Position numbers and translations under genes: made by a program. From an uncultured Bacteroidales bacterium (lineage in GTDB: Bacteria > Bacteroidota > Bacteroidia > Bacteroidales > Marinilabiliaceae), in the NCBI GenBank assembly GCA_937892255.1, contig CALAUL010000016.1, positions 6,419 through 70,418 of the forward strand: a stretch of DNA of 64,000 nt, given 5' to 3'. Positions 9,018 to 20,414 of the stretch are shown one piece after another. The notes beneath the pieces are model-generated. The model was not told the origin of the DNA. It was given only the letters and a program-made list of their open reading frames with translations, and searched no databases. Positions within the stretch are counted from its first letter, which is position 1. Each line of letters opens with the position of its first letter.

Positions 9018-11585
9018 TTATTCTAATTTCTGAGCTTCTGTGAGCTTGATTTGTTTGTCATTTAGGAATGCAACAATAAACGCACCAGCAAAACCTCTGT
9101 TTTTGATTTCGCTTAGGTTCTCAAAAGCCTCTTTATACGAGCTGTAAGCTCCTTCGAAGTATTTTGTAAGTCCCTTATCAGGAACGGGTTGAGTGGTTAT
9201 GAGGCTTAGTGACTCTAAGGCTTGAGTGTTAGGTTTGTTGCGGAATACTCCGAGCTGAATGCGATATACGGGCTTATTGTTTTGAACCTCTGTCGTTGTT
9301 GCAACGGGAGCTTCAATAGGTGTCGGAGGTGTGACTTTTGCGACGTTTGTCGTTGTGTCCGGATTTGTATTTGGCGTTGCTTTTTGGGAAATCTCTTCCA
9401 TGTCGTGAGCCTCAAGCGTAAAGACGATATCTCCCTTTTTAGCCGTTGTGGTGTCGACAGAAGCCAATGCAGATGTCACGCCAAACGGTTCGGCGAGAAG
9501 TTGTTTTTTGTTTGGGAACGGGAATGAGCCATCGAGATGACCGGCTAATCTGCTTATGCCTTTGGTTAGAGATATTACGCCTCTTTTTTTCATCGTCATG
9601 GCCTTTGCGAGTTCTTCTGCTCCGTCTTCCGTTCTGACTTTCTCGACAAGGCTGAAGTCTCGTTCTGCTGACGTCTTGAACGGTTCTATTTCGCTAAAGT
9701 CAATATTCGGCTGATTGTCAAGTGTCTGTTGATAGCGGTCGTCGATGACGTTGTACATTTGGTCCAATGATGTGTTGTACAGCACGTTTGAAGCTAACAA
9801 GAGGTAGTCGATTCGTTCTTGCAAATCGGAGTAAGACAACTTTTTATTCTCGCCACTGACTTCTACAGTTACATTGTTGAGAGCTTTTTCACGCAGTTTC
9901 TCTGACTCGAGGGACAGTACACCTGCCCACGAATACAAGCTGTCGGCTTCTATGAGCTCAGTGAGTTCTTCGGCGTTGAAGACGGCTCTAAAGTCTTCGT
10001 TTATGTCGAGAAAGTTTTTCTCAAAAAGAACTTCCGAATATATTTCGAAGTTTTCAGGTTTCAATAACTCTTCCCAGTTGAAACGTATTGGAGAACGTTT
10101 GATTTTTAGTTTGTCAAGAGGTGTATATTTGCCCGAAGCAATGAGTTCGGATAATGTTGCGTTCTCTGTCTTGCGAACAAAAGAATACATCTCTTTCAGG
10201 TTGTCTTCGAGTTCGTATACTTTACGTTCTATTTTGAGAACTTCTGCTATTATTTTGTTACGCTCTTCGTCCGATGGAGAATCCATGAATAATTTGCGTT
10301 TCGCACTCATGACAGTCCAAAGACTATCTTTTTCATTCTGTAGGGCAAGGGCTTGACTGTAATGCAGTTTGGCTTGTTCGTTTCTGAAGTGTTCCCATTG
10401 AGTATATGTCAATGAGTCATTTATTTCGAGGTTGAATTTGCTTGTCTCTTTGGTTACGCTGAAGGATGCTTTTGTTGTTTCGTCTTTGACTACATTGTCA
10501 CGCATTTCGGAGAGAGATGGGTCAATGGCAAGGGCAGAGGCTTTTCGTATCTCCTCTGTGCTTTGGGCAAAAGAGCGTATTACGCTTTCGTCCCATAGAA
10601 TTTCGTAAACCATCACGGAATCAGGAGAAGTCTCTCTGTTGGAAGCAAACCACGCTCTCGAGCGAAATTCATCTCCAACGAATAAGTAATCGTCAAAGGC
10701 GGAGTTGAACGGGACGCCCATATTAACTGGTTGTGTAAAAGAACGGCTTTCGATGTCGTATGTGGTTCGATAGATGTCGTATCCACCCATTCCTCCGTCT
10801 CTGTTGCTTGCGAAGTAGAGCGTTGTGCCGTCAGTCATCATGACGGGGGTTTTGTTGCTTGCATCTGATTCGAGTCCGGCGAGAGGAATCATGTCTCCCC
10901 AACCGTCAAGCAAGCGTTCTATTTTGTATAGCGACTCTTTGCCTTCGTTGTTGGAGAGGGAGAAGTATACAACATCGCCACGTTCCGTTTGATAGAGAAT
11001 GCCGTTGGGGTCTATGTCGGATTCAAAAAAGTCTCGATTGTATTGTATTTGGCCCACTTCTCGAGATGGATTGTAGACGAATAGAAGACTGTCAGGCAAT
11101 ATCCGGTATTTGTCAATGACCTTGACATTAAATAATTTGCTGGCCAATGGAAGAGAGTTGTTGCACTCGTTGCTCCACATTTGAGCTTGCGAGATGAGCT
11201 TTGTATCTCGAGCGGTTTTGAGGAATCTGTCAAAGGCTTGTATAGCAGATTCGAATTCGTATGAGAGTTGGTATGCGCGCCCAAGGTAGAAGTACGAGTT
11301 TGCAACAAAGCCTTTTACTTGAGCGAACTTTAGACGACGCAATCCTTCTGAGATATTGGTGTTGGAGGCTACATACGAAGCTCCGAGGTAATAATTGGCT
11401 TTTGCATCGCGCTCCAATTTGTTCATCTGGGGTACTATATACTCGATGACGCCTTTGTAATTTTCTTTTTCAAACTCTTGAATAGCAGGCTTGATATTGT
11501 TTTGTGCCTGAATGGTTTGTCCTATTATTAGTGCGATAAATATAGAACAGTGTTTAAGTTTTTCTTTTATCATCATGTTCGCCAT
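9018..11585 (-). CDS. secreted multidomain protein: TPR region, TolB-like PD40 beta-propeller repeats, long helical region, Thr/Pro linker and C-terminal SPOR domain
   Basis: 855 aa with a signal peptide (..IGQTIQAQ). PD40 motif [19 protein letters not shown]-terminal [13 protein letters not shown]...[32 protein letters not shown] is SPOR-like. Confidence 0.75.
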   Translation of the reverse strand: MANMMIKEKLKHCSIFIALIIGQTIQAQNNIKPAIQEFEKENYKGVIEYIVPQMNKLERDAKANYYLGASYVASNTNISEGLRRLKFAQVKGFVANSYFYLGRAYQLSYEFESAIQAFDRFLKTARDTKLISQAQMWSNECNNSLPLASKLFNVKVIDKYRILPDSLLFVYNPSREVGQIQYNRDFFESDIDPNGILYQTERGDVVYFSLSNNEGKESLYKIERLLDGWGDMIPLAGLESDASNKTPVMMTDGTTLYFASNRDGGMGGYDIYRTTYDIESRSFTQPVNMGVPFNSAFDDYLFVGDEFRSRAWFASNRETSPDSVMVYEILWDESVIRSFAQSTEEIRKASALAIDPSLSEMRDNVVKDETTKASFSVTKETSKFNLEINDSLTYTQWEHFRNEQAKLHYSQALALQNEKDSLWTVMSAKRKLFMDSPSDEERNKIIAEVLKIERKVYELEDNLKEMYSFVRKTENATLSELIASGKYTPLDKLKIKRSPIRFNWEELLKPENFEIYSEVLFEKNFLDINEDFRAVFNAEELTELIEADSLYSWAGVLSLESEKLREKALNNVTVEVSGENKKLSYSDLQERIDYLLLASNVLYNTSLDQMYNVIDDRYQQTLDNQPNIDFSEIEPFKTSAERDFSLVEKVRTEDGAEELAKAMTMKKRGVISLTKGISRLAGHLDGSFPFPNKKQLLAEPFGVTSALASVDTTTAKKGDIVFTLEAHDMEEISQKATPNTNPDTTTNVAKVTPPTPIEAPVATTTEVQNNKPVYRIQLGVFRNKPNTQALESLSLITTQPVPDKGLTKYFEGAYSSYKEAFENLSEIKNRGFAGAFIVAFLNDKQIKLTEAQKLE

Positions 11586-11804
11586 AACTCCTTTTAAAAA
11601 GCCAAATATATACTATTTAATCGAAATAATGAAAATAAGTTGGTGCAATTAATTTTAAACCCTTTTTCAGTGGGCAGTTAAGGTTAAAAACTCATATAAA
11701 AAGCAGATGTCATAGTTGTTTTATAAAATATATTGACTATATTTACAACTCTATTTCTCAAAAATAGAGATATTAGTTAATTGGGTGAAAGATAATTGGT
11801 TAAG

Positions 11805-12728
11805 ATGGCAGAAGAGACTTATCATGTTCCTGTGTTGTTGAAGGAAACGGTTGATGGATTAAACATTAATCCGTCTGGAGTATACGTTGATGTGACGTTT
11901 GGCGGAGGAGGGCATAGTAAGGAGATATTGAGGCGTTTGGGAGAAAACGGGAAATTGATAGTCTTTGACCAAGACGAGGAGGCTTATCAGAATAGACCGG
12001 ATGATGCTCGATTGGTGTTTGTTAGACATAATTTTCGTTATATAGCTCAGTTTTTAAGGTATTTGGAGATTCCATTTGTAGATGGCATTCTCGGAGATTT
12101 GGGAGTTTCGAGTCATCATTTTGATGCGCCGGAGCGAGGTTTTTCGTTTAGGTTTGATGCTCCGTTGGATATGCGAATGGGGCGTGGAATAAAAGGTACA
12201 GCTGCGGATATAGTGAACGATTATGCGGAGAAAGATTTGTTGAGAGTGCTTCAGGAGTATGGAGAGATACAGCGAGCAGGAAAACTTGTGAATGCGATAT
12301 TGAAAAGACGAGAGGAGGGGCGTATAGAGACAACTTTTGACTTGCGAGACGTGGTGATAAGTGTGGTGGGACAGAAAGAACAGAATAAGATTTTGGCGCA
12401 AGTGTTTCAAGCATTGCGAATAGAGGTGAATGGAGAGATGGGAGCGTTGAGAGACTTGCTTATGCATTCGGCAAAAGTGCTTCGTCCAGGGGGGAGACTG
12501 TCTATAATAAGTTATCACAGTTTGGAGGATAGAATGGTTAAGAATTTGATAAGAAGCGGTGATGTGTCGAAACAGAATGCAGAGCAAGATATTTATGGAC
12601 ATTGTGCTGTTCCGTATGAGGCCGTAAACAGGAAAGTCGTCGTTCCGTCGGAAGAGGAGATAGAGCGCAATAGCAGAGCACGCAGTGCAAAATTACGTAT
12701 AGCAGAGCGTACAGATGTTGATGTTTAA
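11805..12728 (+). CDS. rsmH: 16S rRNA (cytosine1402-N4)-methyltransferase
   Basis: HVPVLLKE, DVTFGGGGHS and SYHSLEDRMVK motifs. The ATG at 11805 is preferred over the listed TTG at 11796. Confidence 0.92.
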   Translation: MAEETYHVPVLLKETVDGLNINPSGVYVDVTFGGGGHSKEILRRLGENGKLIVFDQDEEAYQNRPDDARLVFVRHNFRYIAQFLRYLEIPFVDGILGDLGVSSHHFDAPERGFSFRFDAPLDMRMGRGIKGTAADIVNDYAEKDLLRVLQEYGEIQRAGKLVNAILKRREEGRIETTFDLRDVVISVVGQKEQNKILAQVFQALRIEVNGEMGALRDLLMHSAKVLRPGGRLSIISYHSLEDRMVKNLIRSGDVSKQNAEQDIYGHCAVPYEAVNRKVVVPSEEEIERNSRARSAKLRIAERTDVDV

Positions 12729-13080
12729 TTCGGAAAGAAATCGGTGTATGGGATTTACGAAAAACGATATACTAACAGGTTTGAAAACGTGGCTTAAAGA
12801 ACTTTGTACTATAAAGGACTACAGAGATGTGGTGTACATAATAATTTCGATAGGTGTATTGTGTATGGTGTCGATTAGTTATTCATTAAAGTTTGATGAG
12901 AGCGTTCGTCAGATAGAAGTATTGACGCAAGAAGTGAAGGATTTGAGGTATCAGTCAATGACAATGTCGTCGAAATACATGAACGAGGCAAAACAGAGCA
13001 GGGTGATACAACAAGTACAGGCAGAGCGATTGGGACTGGAGGAGTTGACGGAAGCTCCGAGAATAATATACGATGATTGA
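12715..13080 (+). CDS. ftsL: FtsL-like cell division protein (small bitopic membrane protein with coiled coil)
   Basis: Sits between rsmH and ftsI. One TM helix (VVYIIISIGVLCMVSI) followed by a helical segment. Alternative ATG at 12748. Confidence 0.6.
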   Translation: MLMFNSERNRCMGFTKNDILTGLKTWLKELCTIKDYRDVVYIIISIGVLCMVSISYSLKFDESVRQIEVLTQEVKDLRYQSMTMSSKYMNEAKQSRVIQQVQAERLGLEELTEAPRIIYDD

Positions 13081-13094
13081 CATAGGGGAAGGAC

Positions 13095-15236
13095 ATGGAG
13101 ACAAACAAGAAGAAAGCGAGAGATTGTAAACGATTTTATGTGGCAAGTACGGCAGTATGGGTGGTTTTTATATTGTCGTTTATTGCTGTGTTGGCTATGT
13201 ATTGTTGTCTTAATTTGGGTTTGGTGGGGGATTATGCAAACAGAAAAGAAAAGATGTTTGAAGAAGTTACGTTGCCCAGTAAACGAGGGGAGATATACTC
13301 GAGAGATTCGCGTCTGATGGCGAGTACGATGCCGCGTTATCTGTTGTGCATAGACCCGACGTTCATAGTAGATACTGTCTATAACAAAAATATACGCTCA
13401 TTGGCAGCCAGATTGTCAGAATTCTTTGGAGACAAAAGTGCATCGGAGTATAAGAAAATGATAGATGTGGCACGAGCTGATGGGAGAAAATATTTGCGTT
13501 TGAACAAGAGGTGGCTTACTTATGAAGAGTTTCAGAAAGTGAAAAAGTTCCCTATCCTGTGCGAAAAGAGACGAAATGCCTTGGTCGAAGAGTCGAAATA
13601 TGAAAGAGAATTCTTCTTTGGACAGTTGGCACAACGAACGATAGGAAAACTTGTGGTGGATCAAGAAAGTGGAGGAATGCGAGGCACAAATGGATTGGAG
13701 CGAGCGTATGATGCAGAGTTGCGAGGTGTCGACGGAACTGGAAGACGTCATAGAACATTGAACATGAGGGTGAAACTTATAGACGAAGAACCACAAGATG
13801 GTTATGACTTGATAACGACAATAGACGTCGATATGCAAGATGTTGCGGAGTATTCGTTGAAAAAGCAGTTGGAATATCAAGAAGCAGACAAAGGCGTTGC
13901 CATAATAATGGAAGTTAAAACCGGAGCAGTAAGAGCTATTGTCAACTTAAAACGCAATGACCAAGGCGAATATGTGGAAGACTTCTTCAATTATGCCATA
14001 GGAGAAGCAATAGAACCCGGGTCGACATTTAAGTTAGCATCCATAATGGCATGTATGGAAGACGGATTTGTAAAACCACAGGACACAATAAACACATTTC
14101 ACGGCTCGTGGCGTATACACGACCGAGTGATGAAAGATTCGCACACAAATGGCTTTGGCTTGTTGTCGGTGGATATGGCATTTGCAAAGTCGTCGAATAT
14201 AGCATTTGCGCGAATGATGGAGAAGTACTACGCACATACACCGGAGAAGTTTATAGAGAAAATGTACGACTTCGGATTGTGTGACAATCTGAATATAGAC
14301 TTGGAAGGCTCAGTCCCGACGGTGATGATAACACCTGACAAAAAGACATGGTCGGGAACATCGTTGCATTGGCTATCGACAGGCTACGGAGTGCAAATCA
14401 CACCCCTGCAGATGGTGACATTCTACAATGCCGTGGCTAATGGCGGAACAATGATGAAACCGATGTTTGTGGAGTCGATAATGGAAGGAGACAACGTTAT
14501 CAAAAAAAACAGTCCGGAGGTATTGCGAAACTCCATAGCATCATCGAGTACCATACGTGCGGCGCACGAAATGTTGAAGCTCGTAGTGCAAGAAGGCACA
14601 GCCTCAAGAGTAAAAGACGCATCGTGCCAGATAGCAGGCAAGACTGGAACGGCGCAGATAGCAGAAGATAGTCGCGGATATGGTCATGATAGGAACAGTG
14701 TTAAGCACTTGGCATCGTTTGCTGGCTTCTTTCCGGCGGACAACCCAATGTACACGTGCATAGTGATGGTTTATAAGCCGACTCGCAACATATATGGAAG
14801 CGAAGTATCCGCAATGGTAGTCAAAGACATTGCAAACAGAGTCTACGCAACGGAATATGCACGCGGAAACGTCAACGAAAAGCCAAAGTTGCTTTTGACA
14901 AAGATGTATCCATATTCCAAAGGAGGTCGAAAATCGGATATGGAAATAGTATTTGACGAGTTAAACATAAAAAGTAACATAAAACAAATCGAAGATTCGA
15001 CATGGGTGTCAACATCAGCTCAAAGTGATTGCATTGAGCTTAAAAATCGTACATTTGTAGGCGATATGGTACCCAACGTAATCGGCATGGGAGCCAGTGA
15101 TGCAGTCAGCCTGTTGGAAAGTATGGGGCTGCGTGTGAGACTGATGGGTTACGGGTCTGTCAGACGACAGTCACTAAGAGCCGGCTCAAACTTCAAAGTG
15201 GGACAGACAATAGAAATAGAATTAAGCAATGGGTAG
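13095..15236 (+). CDS. ftsI: penicillin-binding protein 3 type transpeptidase with C-terminal PASTA domain
   Basis: SxxK (GSTFK), SxN (KSSN) and KTG(T) (GKTGTA) motifs. C-terminal PASTA-like VPNVIGMGASDAVSLLESMGLRV. Located in the dcw cluster. Confidence 0.9.
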   Translation: METNKKKARDCKRFYVASTAVWVVFILSFIAVLAMYCCLNLGLVGDYANRKEKMFEEVTLPSKRGEIYSRDSRLMASTMPRYLLCIDPTFIVDTVYNKNIRSLAARLSEFFGDKSASEYKKMIDVARADGRKYLRLNKRWLTYEEFQKVKKFPILCEKRRNALVEESKYEREFFFGQLAQRTIGKLVVDQESGGMRGTNGLERAYDAELRGVDGTGRRHRTLNMRVKLIDEEPQDGYDLITTIDVDMQDVAEYSLKKQLEYQEADKGVAIIMEVKTGAVRAIVNLKRNDQGEYVEDFFNYAIGEAIEPGSTFKLASIMACMEDGFVKPQDTINTFHGSWRIHDRVMKDSHTNGFGLLSVDMAFAKSSNIAFARMMEKYYAHTPEKFIEKMYDFGLCDNLNIDLEGSVPTVMITPDKKTWSGTSLHWLSTGYGVQITPLQMVTFYNAVANGGTMMKPMFVESIMEGDNVIKKNSPEVLRNSIASSSTIRAAHEMLKLVVQEGTASRVKDASCQIAGKTGTAQIAEDSRGYGHDRNSVKHLASFAGFFPADNPMYTCIVMVYKPTRNIYGSEVSAMVVKDIANRVYATEYARGNVNEKPKLLLTKMYPYSKGGRKSDMEIVFDELNIKSNIKQIEDSTWVSTSAQSDCIELKNRTFVGDMVPNVIGMGASDAVSLLESMGLRVRLMGYGSVRRQSLRAGSNFKVGQTIEIELSNG

Positions 15237-16686
15237 AAAATTAAAAGATATAATCACGTCGATAAAAATAGCAGACGTTGTCGGAAATACAGATGTGTTA
15301 ATTGACAATATCGCTATAGACAGTCGAAAGTGTGGAGAAGGGACACTCTTCATAGCGCAAAAAGGCGCAAATGTAGATGGGCACTCATTCATCGGACAAG
15401 TGATCTTGCAAGGCTGTAGAGCAGTAATATGCGAGGAGATACCAACCTCAGCAAATAGTGATGTCTGTTACATAAAAGTAGACGACACACATAAAGCGTT
15501 GGGAAATATAGCATCGGCATTTTATGACGAGCCGTCGAAGAAACTGAAACTTGTCGGCGTTACCGGCACCAATGGAAAGACAACAATTGCCACATTGTTG
15601 TATCGTTTGCTTCGGGAAATGGGACATAAAGCAGGACTCTTCTCTACCGTGGCCAATTACATCAACGAAAAACGCATGTCAACGATAAATACAACACCTG
15701 ACGCCATCACACTACACTCCCTCATGCGTAGAATGGTAGATGAAGGTTGTGAATATTGTTTCATGGAAGTAAGTTCGCATAGCGTCGTGCAAAGCCGTAT
15801 TTCCGGATTGGACTTCGACGGTGCAGTATTTACGAATTTGACGCATGACCATTTGGATTATCATGGAACATTTGACGAGTACAGAAAAGCAAAACAGATG
15901 TTTTTCGATGGACTTAAGCCGGAAGCCTTTGCCTTGACAAATGATGATGATAGAAATGGGAAGATAATGATTCAAAACACCCGTGCAAAAAAAATGTCGT
16001 ACTCGTTGAGGACAATGACAGACTTCAAAGGAGAAGTTGTTGAAAATGGTTTTGAAGGCATGCTAATGAAATTCAGAGGGCAAGAAGCATTTATGCAGTT
16101 TGTCGGAAGATTTAATGCTTCAAATCTCATGGCGGTATATGGAGCAGCAGTCAGCTTGGGCTTTGAAAGTGGAGAAGTCCTTGTAGCATTGAGTGCATTG
16201 AGACCTGTCGATGGCCGTTTTGAAGCATTGCGTTCGGAAGACGGTAAAACGGCTATCGTTGACTATGCACATACACCGGACGCTCTGAATAATGTAATAT
16301 CAACCATCAATGAAATAAGGAAAGACGGACAGCAGTTGCTTACCGTATGTGGTTGCGGAGGAAACAGAGATAAGACAAAACGCCCGCAAATGGCCAAAGA
16401 AGCTGTTGCCGGTTCGGATATAGTGATATTGACAAGTGACAATCCTCGAAATGAGGATCCGATGGACATATTGTCAGACATGAAAGCAGGACTTAACGGT
16501 GAAGAATCAGCGTTGGTGCTGACAATCCCGGACCGCAGAGAGGCTATATTTACAGCCGTTAAAATGGCAAAAAGCGGAGATATAATACTCGTCGCAGGAA
16601 AAGGTCACGAAGACTATCAGGAAATCAATGGAATAAAGCATCATTTTGATGACAGAGAAGAAGTAATGAGAATGTTTAATAAATAA
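15229..16686 (+). CDS. murE: UDP-N-acetylmuramoyl-L-alanyl-D-glutamate--2,6-diaminopimelate ligase
   Basis: GVTGTNGKTT P-loop and a DNPR motif (TSDNPRNEDP) typical of meso-DAP-adding MurE. Overlaps ftsI by 8 nt. Confidence 0.93.
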   Translation: MGRKLKDIITSIKIADVVGNTDVLIDNIAIDSRKCGEGTLFIAQKGANVDGHSFIGQVILQGCRAVICEEIPTSANSDVCYIKVDDTHKALGNIASAFYDEPSKKLKLVGVTGTNGKTTIATLLYRLLREMGHKAGLFSTVANYINEKRMSTINTTPDAITLHSLMRRMVDEGCEYCFMEVSSHSVVQSRISGLDFDGAVFTNLTHDHLDYHGTFDEYRKAKQMFFDGLKPEAFALTNDDDRNGKIMIQNTRAKKMSYSLRTMTDFKGEVVENGFEGMLMKFRGQEAFMQFVGRFNASNLMAVYGAAVSLGFESGEVLVALSALRPVDGRFEALRSEDGKTAIVDYAHTPDALNNVISTINEIRKDGQQLLTVCGCGGNRDKTKRPQMAKEAVAGSDIVILTSDNPRNEDPMDILSDMKAGLNGEESALVLTIPDRREAIFTAVKMAKSGDIILVAGKGHEDYQEINGIKHHFDDREEVMRMFNK

Positions 16687-16698
16687 AATCCAAAAAGT

Positions 16699-17943
16699 AT
16701 GTTGTATTATCTTTTTCAGTATTTAAAAGAGTTAGGATTGCCCGGAGCCGGAGTATTTCAATATATCTCGTTCAGAGCTGGATTGGCATCGATAGTGTCG
16801 TTGGTATTTGCGACGATAATAGGAAAACGCATCATCAACTATTTGAAGAGAAAACAAATAGGAGAGACCATCAGAGAGTTGGGCTTGGAAGGGCAGAGCG
16901 AGAAAAAGAACACTCCAACAATGGGAGGCATAATCATTATCGCCTCGATATTATTCCCTGTATTATTGTTCAACAAATTAGACAATGTATACATCATACT
17001 TATGATAGTCACAACAATATGGCTTGGTGTGATAGGCTTTTTAGACGACTATATAAAGGTCTTCCGTAAAAACAAAGAAGGACTGGCAGGACGATTTAAA
17101 ATCGTCGGGCAAGTAGGCCTGGGACTAATTGTGGCATCCACCTTATGGTGTAGCGATGATGTTAAGATAGGTGTAATGCACAACACAGATAACACAACAG
17201 AAATTGTGACACAAGAGGCAACTCAGACCGAAGTAACAAGTGTGTCGCCAAATAAATACGAAAAAGCACCAGTGACATCAGTTCCGTTTTTTAAGAACAA
17301 CAGATTTGACTACCGCGATCTCACCTCGTGGATGGGCGAATATGGCGATGTCGCAGCGTGGCTGTTGTTTACATTGGTTGTGATTTTTATTGTCACGGCA
17401 GTCAGCAATGGCTGTAATCTCACGGACGGATTAGATGGCTTGTGTACGGGAACTTCCGCTATCATTGGAACAGCGTTGGGTATATTGGCCTACGTATCCA
17501 GCCACGTGGAGTATGCTGAATACCTGAACATTATGTACATACCAAATTCATCGGAACTTGTAGTCTACATCGCAGCATTTATGGGGGCAACAATCGGCTT
17601 TTTGTGGTACAACGCCAATCCGGCACAAGTCTTTATGGGAGATACCGGAAGTTTGACTTTGGGCGGAATCATAGCCGTTTTTGCAATATTGATACGAATA
17701 GAATTGCTCTTGCCGATATTGTGCGGCATATTTTTGGTGGAAGCAGTTTCTGTCATGTTGCAAGTCACGTATTTCAAAAAGACGAAGAAGAAATATGGAG
17801 AAGGGCGTCGCTTGTTCAAAATGGCACCCCTTCACCATCATTATCAGAAATTAGGATACAGAGAAACGAAAATAGTCATACGTTTTTGGATTGTAGGAAT
17901 CATATTGGCAATACTCACATTGGTAACACTGAAAATACGATAG
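16699..17943 (+). CDS. mraY: phospho-N-acetylmuramoyl-pentapeptide transferase
   Basis: Polytopic membrane protein with [15 protein letters not shown] and MGDTGSL motifs. Confidence 0.93.
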   Translation: MLYYLFQYLKELGLPGAGVFQYISFRAGLASIVSLVFATIIGKRIINYLKRKQIGETIRELGLEGQSEKKNTPTMGGIIIIASILFPVLLFNKLDNVYIILMIVTTIWLGVIGFLDDYIKVFRKNKEGLAGRFKIVGQVGLGLIVASTLWCSDDVKIGVMHNTDNTTEIVTQEATQTEVTSVSPNKYEKAPVTSVPFFKNNRFDYRDLTSWMGEYGDVAAWLLFTLVVIFIVTAVSNGCNLTDGLDGLCTGTSAIIGTALGILAYVSSHVEYAEYLNIMYIPNSSELVVYIAAFMGATIGFLWYNANPAQVFMGDTGSLTLGGIIAVFAILIRIELLLPILCGIFLVEAVSVMLQVTYFKKTKKKYGEGRRLFKMAPLHHHYQKLGYRETKIVIRFWIVGIILAILTLVTLKIR

Positions 17944-17946
17944 GGA

Positions 17947-19281
17947 ATGAGAAAATTAGTAGTTTTAGGAGGAGGAGAAAGTGGCGTCGGGACAGCATTG
18001 TTAGCATCTCAGCGTGGCATGGACGTCTTCTTGTCGGATAGCGGCACGTTGAAAGAGAATCATAGAGCAGAACTGCAAGAATCTCATATTGCGTTTGAGG
18101 AGAACGGTCATACCGAAGAGCTGATTCTCTCGGCTGAAGAGGTAGTCAAAAGTCCGGGTATACCGGAAAAAGCTCCAATAATAAAGGCATTGAGAGCAAA
18201 AGGAATAAAGATTGTATCGGAAATAGAGTTTGCTTCAAGATATACCAAAGCAAAGAAGATATGCATAACAGGTTCGAACGGAAAAACGACTACAACTCTT
18301 CTGACACATCATCTCTTGCGCGAATCGGGTATCAGAGCTGAATTGGCAGGCAATGTCGGAACTAGCTTAGCACGTCAGATAGCGCGAGGAGACGAACCGG
18401 ATTGGTATGTCATAGAGTTGAGTAGCTTCCAGCTTGATGGAATGTACGATTTCAAGGCGGACATCGCAATTTTGACGAACATAACACCAGACCACTTGGA
18501 TAGATACGAATACAAATTTGAAAACTATATCCGTTCAAAGTTCAGAATATTGCAAAACCAAACAGAGGAAGAACTCTTCATATGCAATCCGGACGATCCG
18601 ACAACAATGGAATGGTTGGAGAAAATCGAAATTGGGGCAGATCTATTCATGGTATCGACGAAAGGAGCGACTCGAGGTGCATACTGTGAAGAAGGCCGTA
18701 TCTTCGTAAGCGGAACAGAAGACCTTGTAGTGGATACGTCAACAATGACAATAAAAGGACTTCATAATATATATAACGGCATGCAGGCCTGTTTGGCAGC
18801 ATTTAAAGCAGGAGCCTCGGCGGAAGCCATAAAGCGCAGTGTTGCCACATTTAAGAATGCAGAACATCGATTGGAATCGGTCAGAACCTTTGAAGGCGTG
18901 GAGTACATTAACGATTCAAAGGCAACAAACGTCGATTCGGCATGGTATGCATTGGAATGTCAGACAAAACCCATAGTCTGGATAGCCGGTGGCACAGACA
19001 AGGGAAACGATTATTCCGTACTATATGACTTTGCACGTGAAAAAGTGAAAGCATTAGTATGTCTGGGATTGGATAATGAGAAGTTGATGAGTAGTTTCAA
19101 AGGCATTATACCTATCATATTAGAAACAAAGTCGATAGAAGAGTGCGTCGGGAAATGTCGTGAAATAGCGGAAGAGGGTGATGTCGTGTTGCTTTCTCCC
19201 TGTTGTGCAAGTTTTGATCTTTTCAACAGTTATATTCACAGAGGTAATCAGTTTAAAGCCTCGGTAATGATGTTAAAGTAG
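17947..19281 (+). CDS. murD: UDP-N-acetylmuramoylalanine--D-glutamate ligase
   Basis: N-terminal GGGESG Rossmann motif, ITGSNGKTTT P-loop, and NITPDHLDRY. Confidence 0.92.
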   Translation: MRKLVVLGGGESGVGTALLASQRGMDVFLSDSGTLKENHRAELQESHIAFEENGHTEELILSAEEVVKSPGIPEKAPIIKALRAKGIKIVSEIEFASRYTKAKKICITGSNGKTTTTLLTHHLLRESGIRAELAGNVGTSLARQIARGDEPDWYVIELSSFQLDGMYDFKADIAILTNITPDHLDRYEYKFENYIRSKFRILQNQTEEELFICNPDDPTTMEWLEKIEIGADLFMVSTKGATRGAYCEEGRIFVSGTEDLVVDTSTMTIKGLHNIYNGMQACLAAFKAGASAEAIKRSVATFKNAEHRLESVRTFEGVEYINDSKATNVDSAWYALECQTKPIVWIAGGTDKGNDYSVLYDFAREKVKALVCLGLDNEKLMSSFKGIIPIILETKSIEECVGKCREIAEEGDVVLLSPCCASFDLFNSYIHRGNQFKASVMMLK

Positions 19282-19288
19282 AGTTGAG

Positions 19289-20392
19289 ATGAAAAACAAG
19301 CTGTGGTCATTGGCTCATGGAGATACATGGATTAAAATACTAATTTTAGTTCTATTGTTCGCATCGTGTTTATTTGTATACACATCAACGAGCCCGATGT
19401 CATACAAAACATCATATGACACATCAAGCATGCTTTTTTCTCACTTGTTTAAAATAATATTATCAGCAGGAGTATTAATCGTATTTAGCAGATTATCGGT
19501 TCGAGTTACTTTCAAATCGGTCGAAGTACTATATATTCTTAGTATTGCCCTTCTGATGGTAGTAAAGTTCTTCGGAACAGAGACGAATGGAGCATCTCGA
19601 TGGTTGGATTTGGGATTCATGTCTTTTCAACCGTCCGAATTGGCAAAAGTTGTCTTTGTAATGTATTTGGCCAAACAACTGTCGCTTCGTCAGAGGAACT
19701 ATGTCAAAATAATACTCGCATTCGTCCTGATAGTAGGATTGATATTTGTGGAAAACGGATCGACGGGGTTGCTGTTGCTCATAACAGGTCTATTTATTTG
19801 TGTGATAGCAGAAGTCTCTATTCCGTGGAAATATCTTTTGGCGGGAATAGCGGTGCTGTCCGTTCTGGGAGTTGTATTAATACAATTGGACTTATTGCCA
19901 CGCTTAGATACATGGTACAACCGCTTTGATCGATTTTTTTCCGGCGAAGCTGACATACAATCAGATTACGCAAAAATAGCAGTGGCATCGGGCGGTCTTT
20001 GGGGAGAAGGTATAGGAGAAAGTGACATGAAAAACTTCTTGCCACTATCTTTTGCCGATTATATATTTGCCATAATCTTGGAAGAAAAAGGTCTATTCGC
20101 ATTAATAGTTTCGATAACAGTGTATGGCTTGCTGTTTAAAAGAATAAGAGATTATGCTTTAATGTGCGAAAATAGATATGAAGCATATCTATTGATGGGT
20201 TTGAGTTTTATGTATACCCTACAGGCCGTAGTTCACATGTTTGTCAATGTAGGTCTTTTCCCGGTTACAGGTCAAACCTTGCCTATGGTAAGTTGGGGGG
20301 GAACATCGGGAATTTTCGTATGCATGGCATATGGTACGATATTATCAATAACACACGATATCAAGCAAGCGAATAAAAACAAAATAGAATAA
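19289..20392 (+). CDS. ftsW: SEDS-family peptidoglycan glycosyltransferase FtsW
   Basis: Polytopic protein with a FQPSELAK motif, sitting between murD and murG. Confidence 0.88.
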   Translation: MKNKLWSLAHGDTWIKILILVLLFASCLFVYTSTSPMSYKTSYDTSSMLFSHLFKIILSAGVLIVFSRLSVRVTFKSVEVLYILSIALLMVVKFFGTETNGASRWLDLGFMSFQPSELAKVVFVMYLAKQLSLRQRNYVKIILAFVLIVGLIFVENGSTGLLLLITGLFICVIAEVSIPWKYLLAGIAVLSVLGVVLIQLDLLPRLDTWYNRFDRFFSGEADIQSDYAKIAVASGGLWGEGIGESDMKNFLPLSFADYIFAIILEEKGLFALIVSITVYGLLFKRIRDYALMCENRYEAYLLMGLSFMYTLQAVVHMFVNVGLFPVTGQTLPMVSWGGTSGIFVCMAYGTILSITHDIKQANKNKIE

Positions 20393-20414
20393 CAAGATAA
20401 AAACAAAATAAACC

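Noticed and set aside
15229-17943. Absence of murF (and ddl) from the dcw cluster
   Set aside because: murE directly followed by mraY, with murF and ddl elsewhere, is the usual Bacteroidota arrangement as far as I know. It is not an anomaly of this window.
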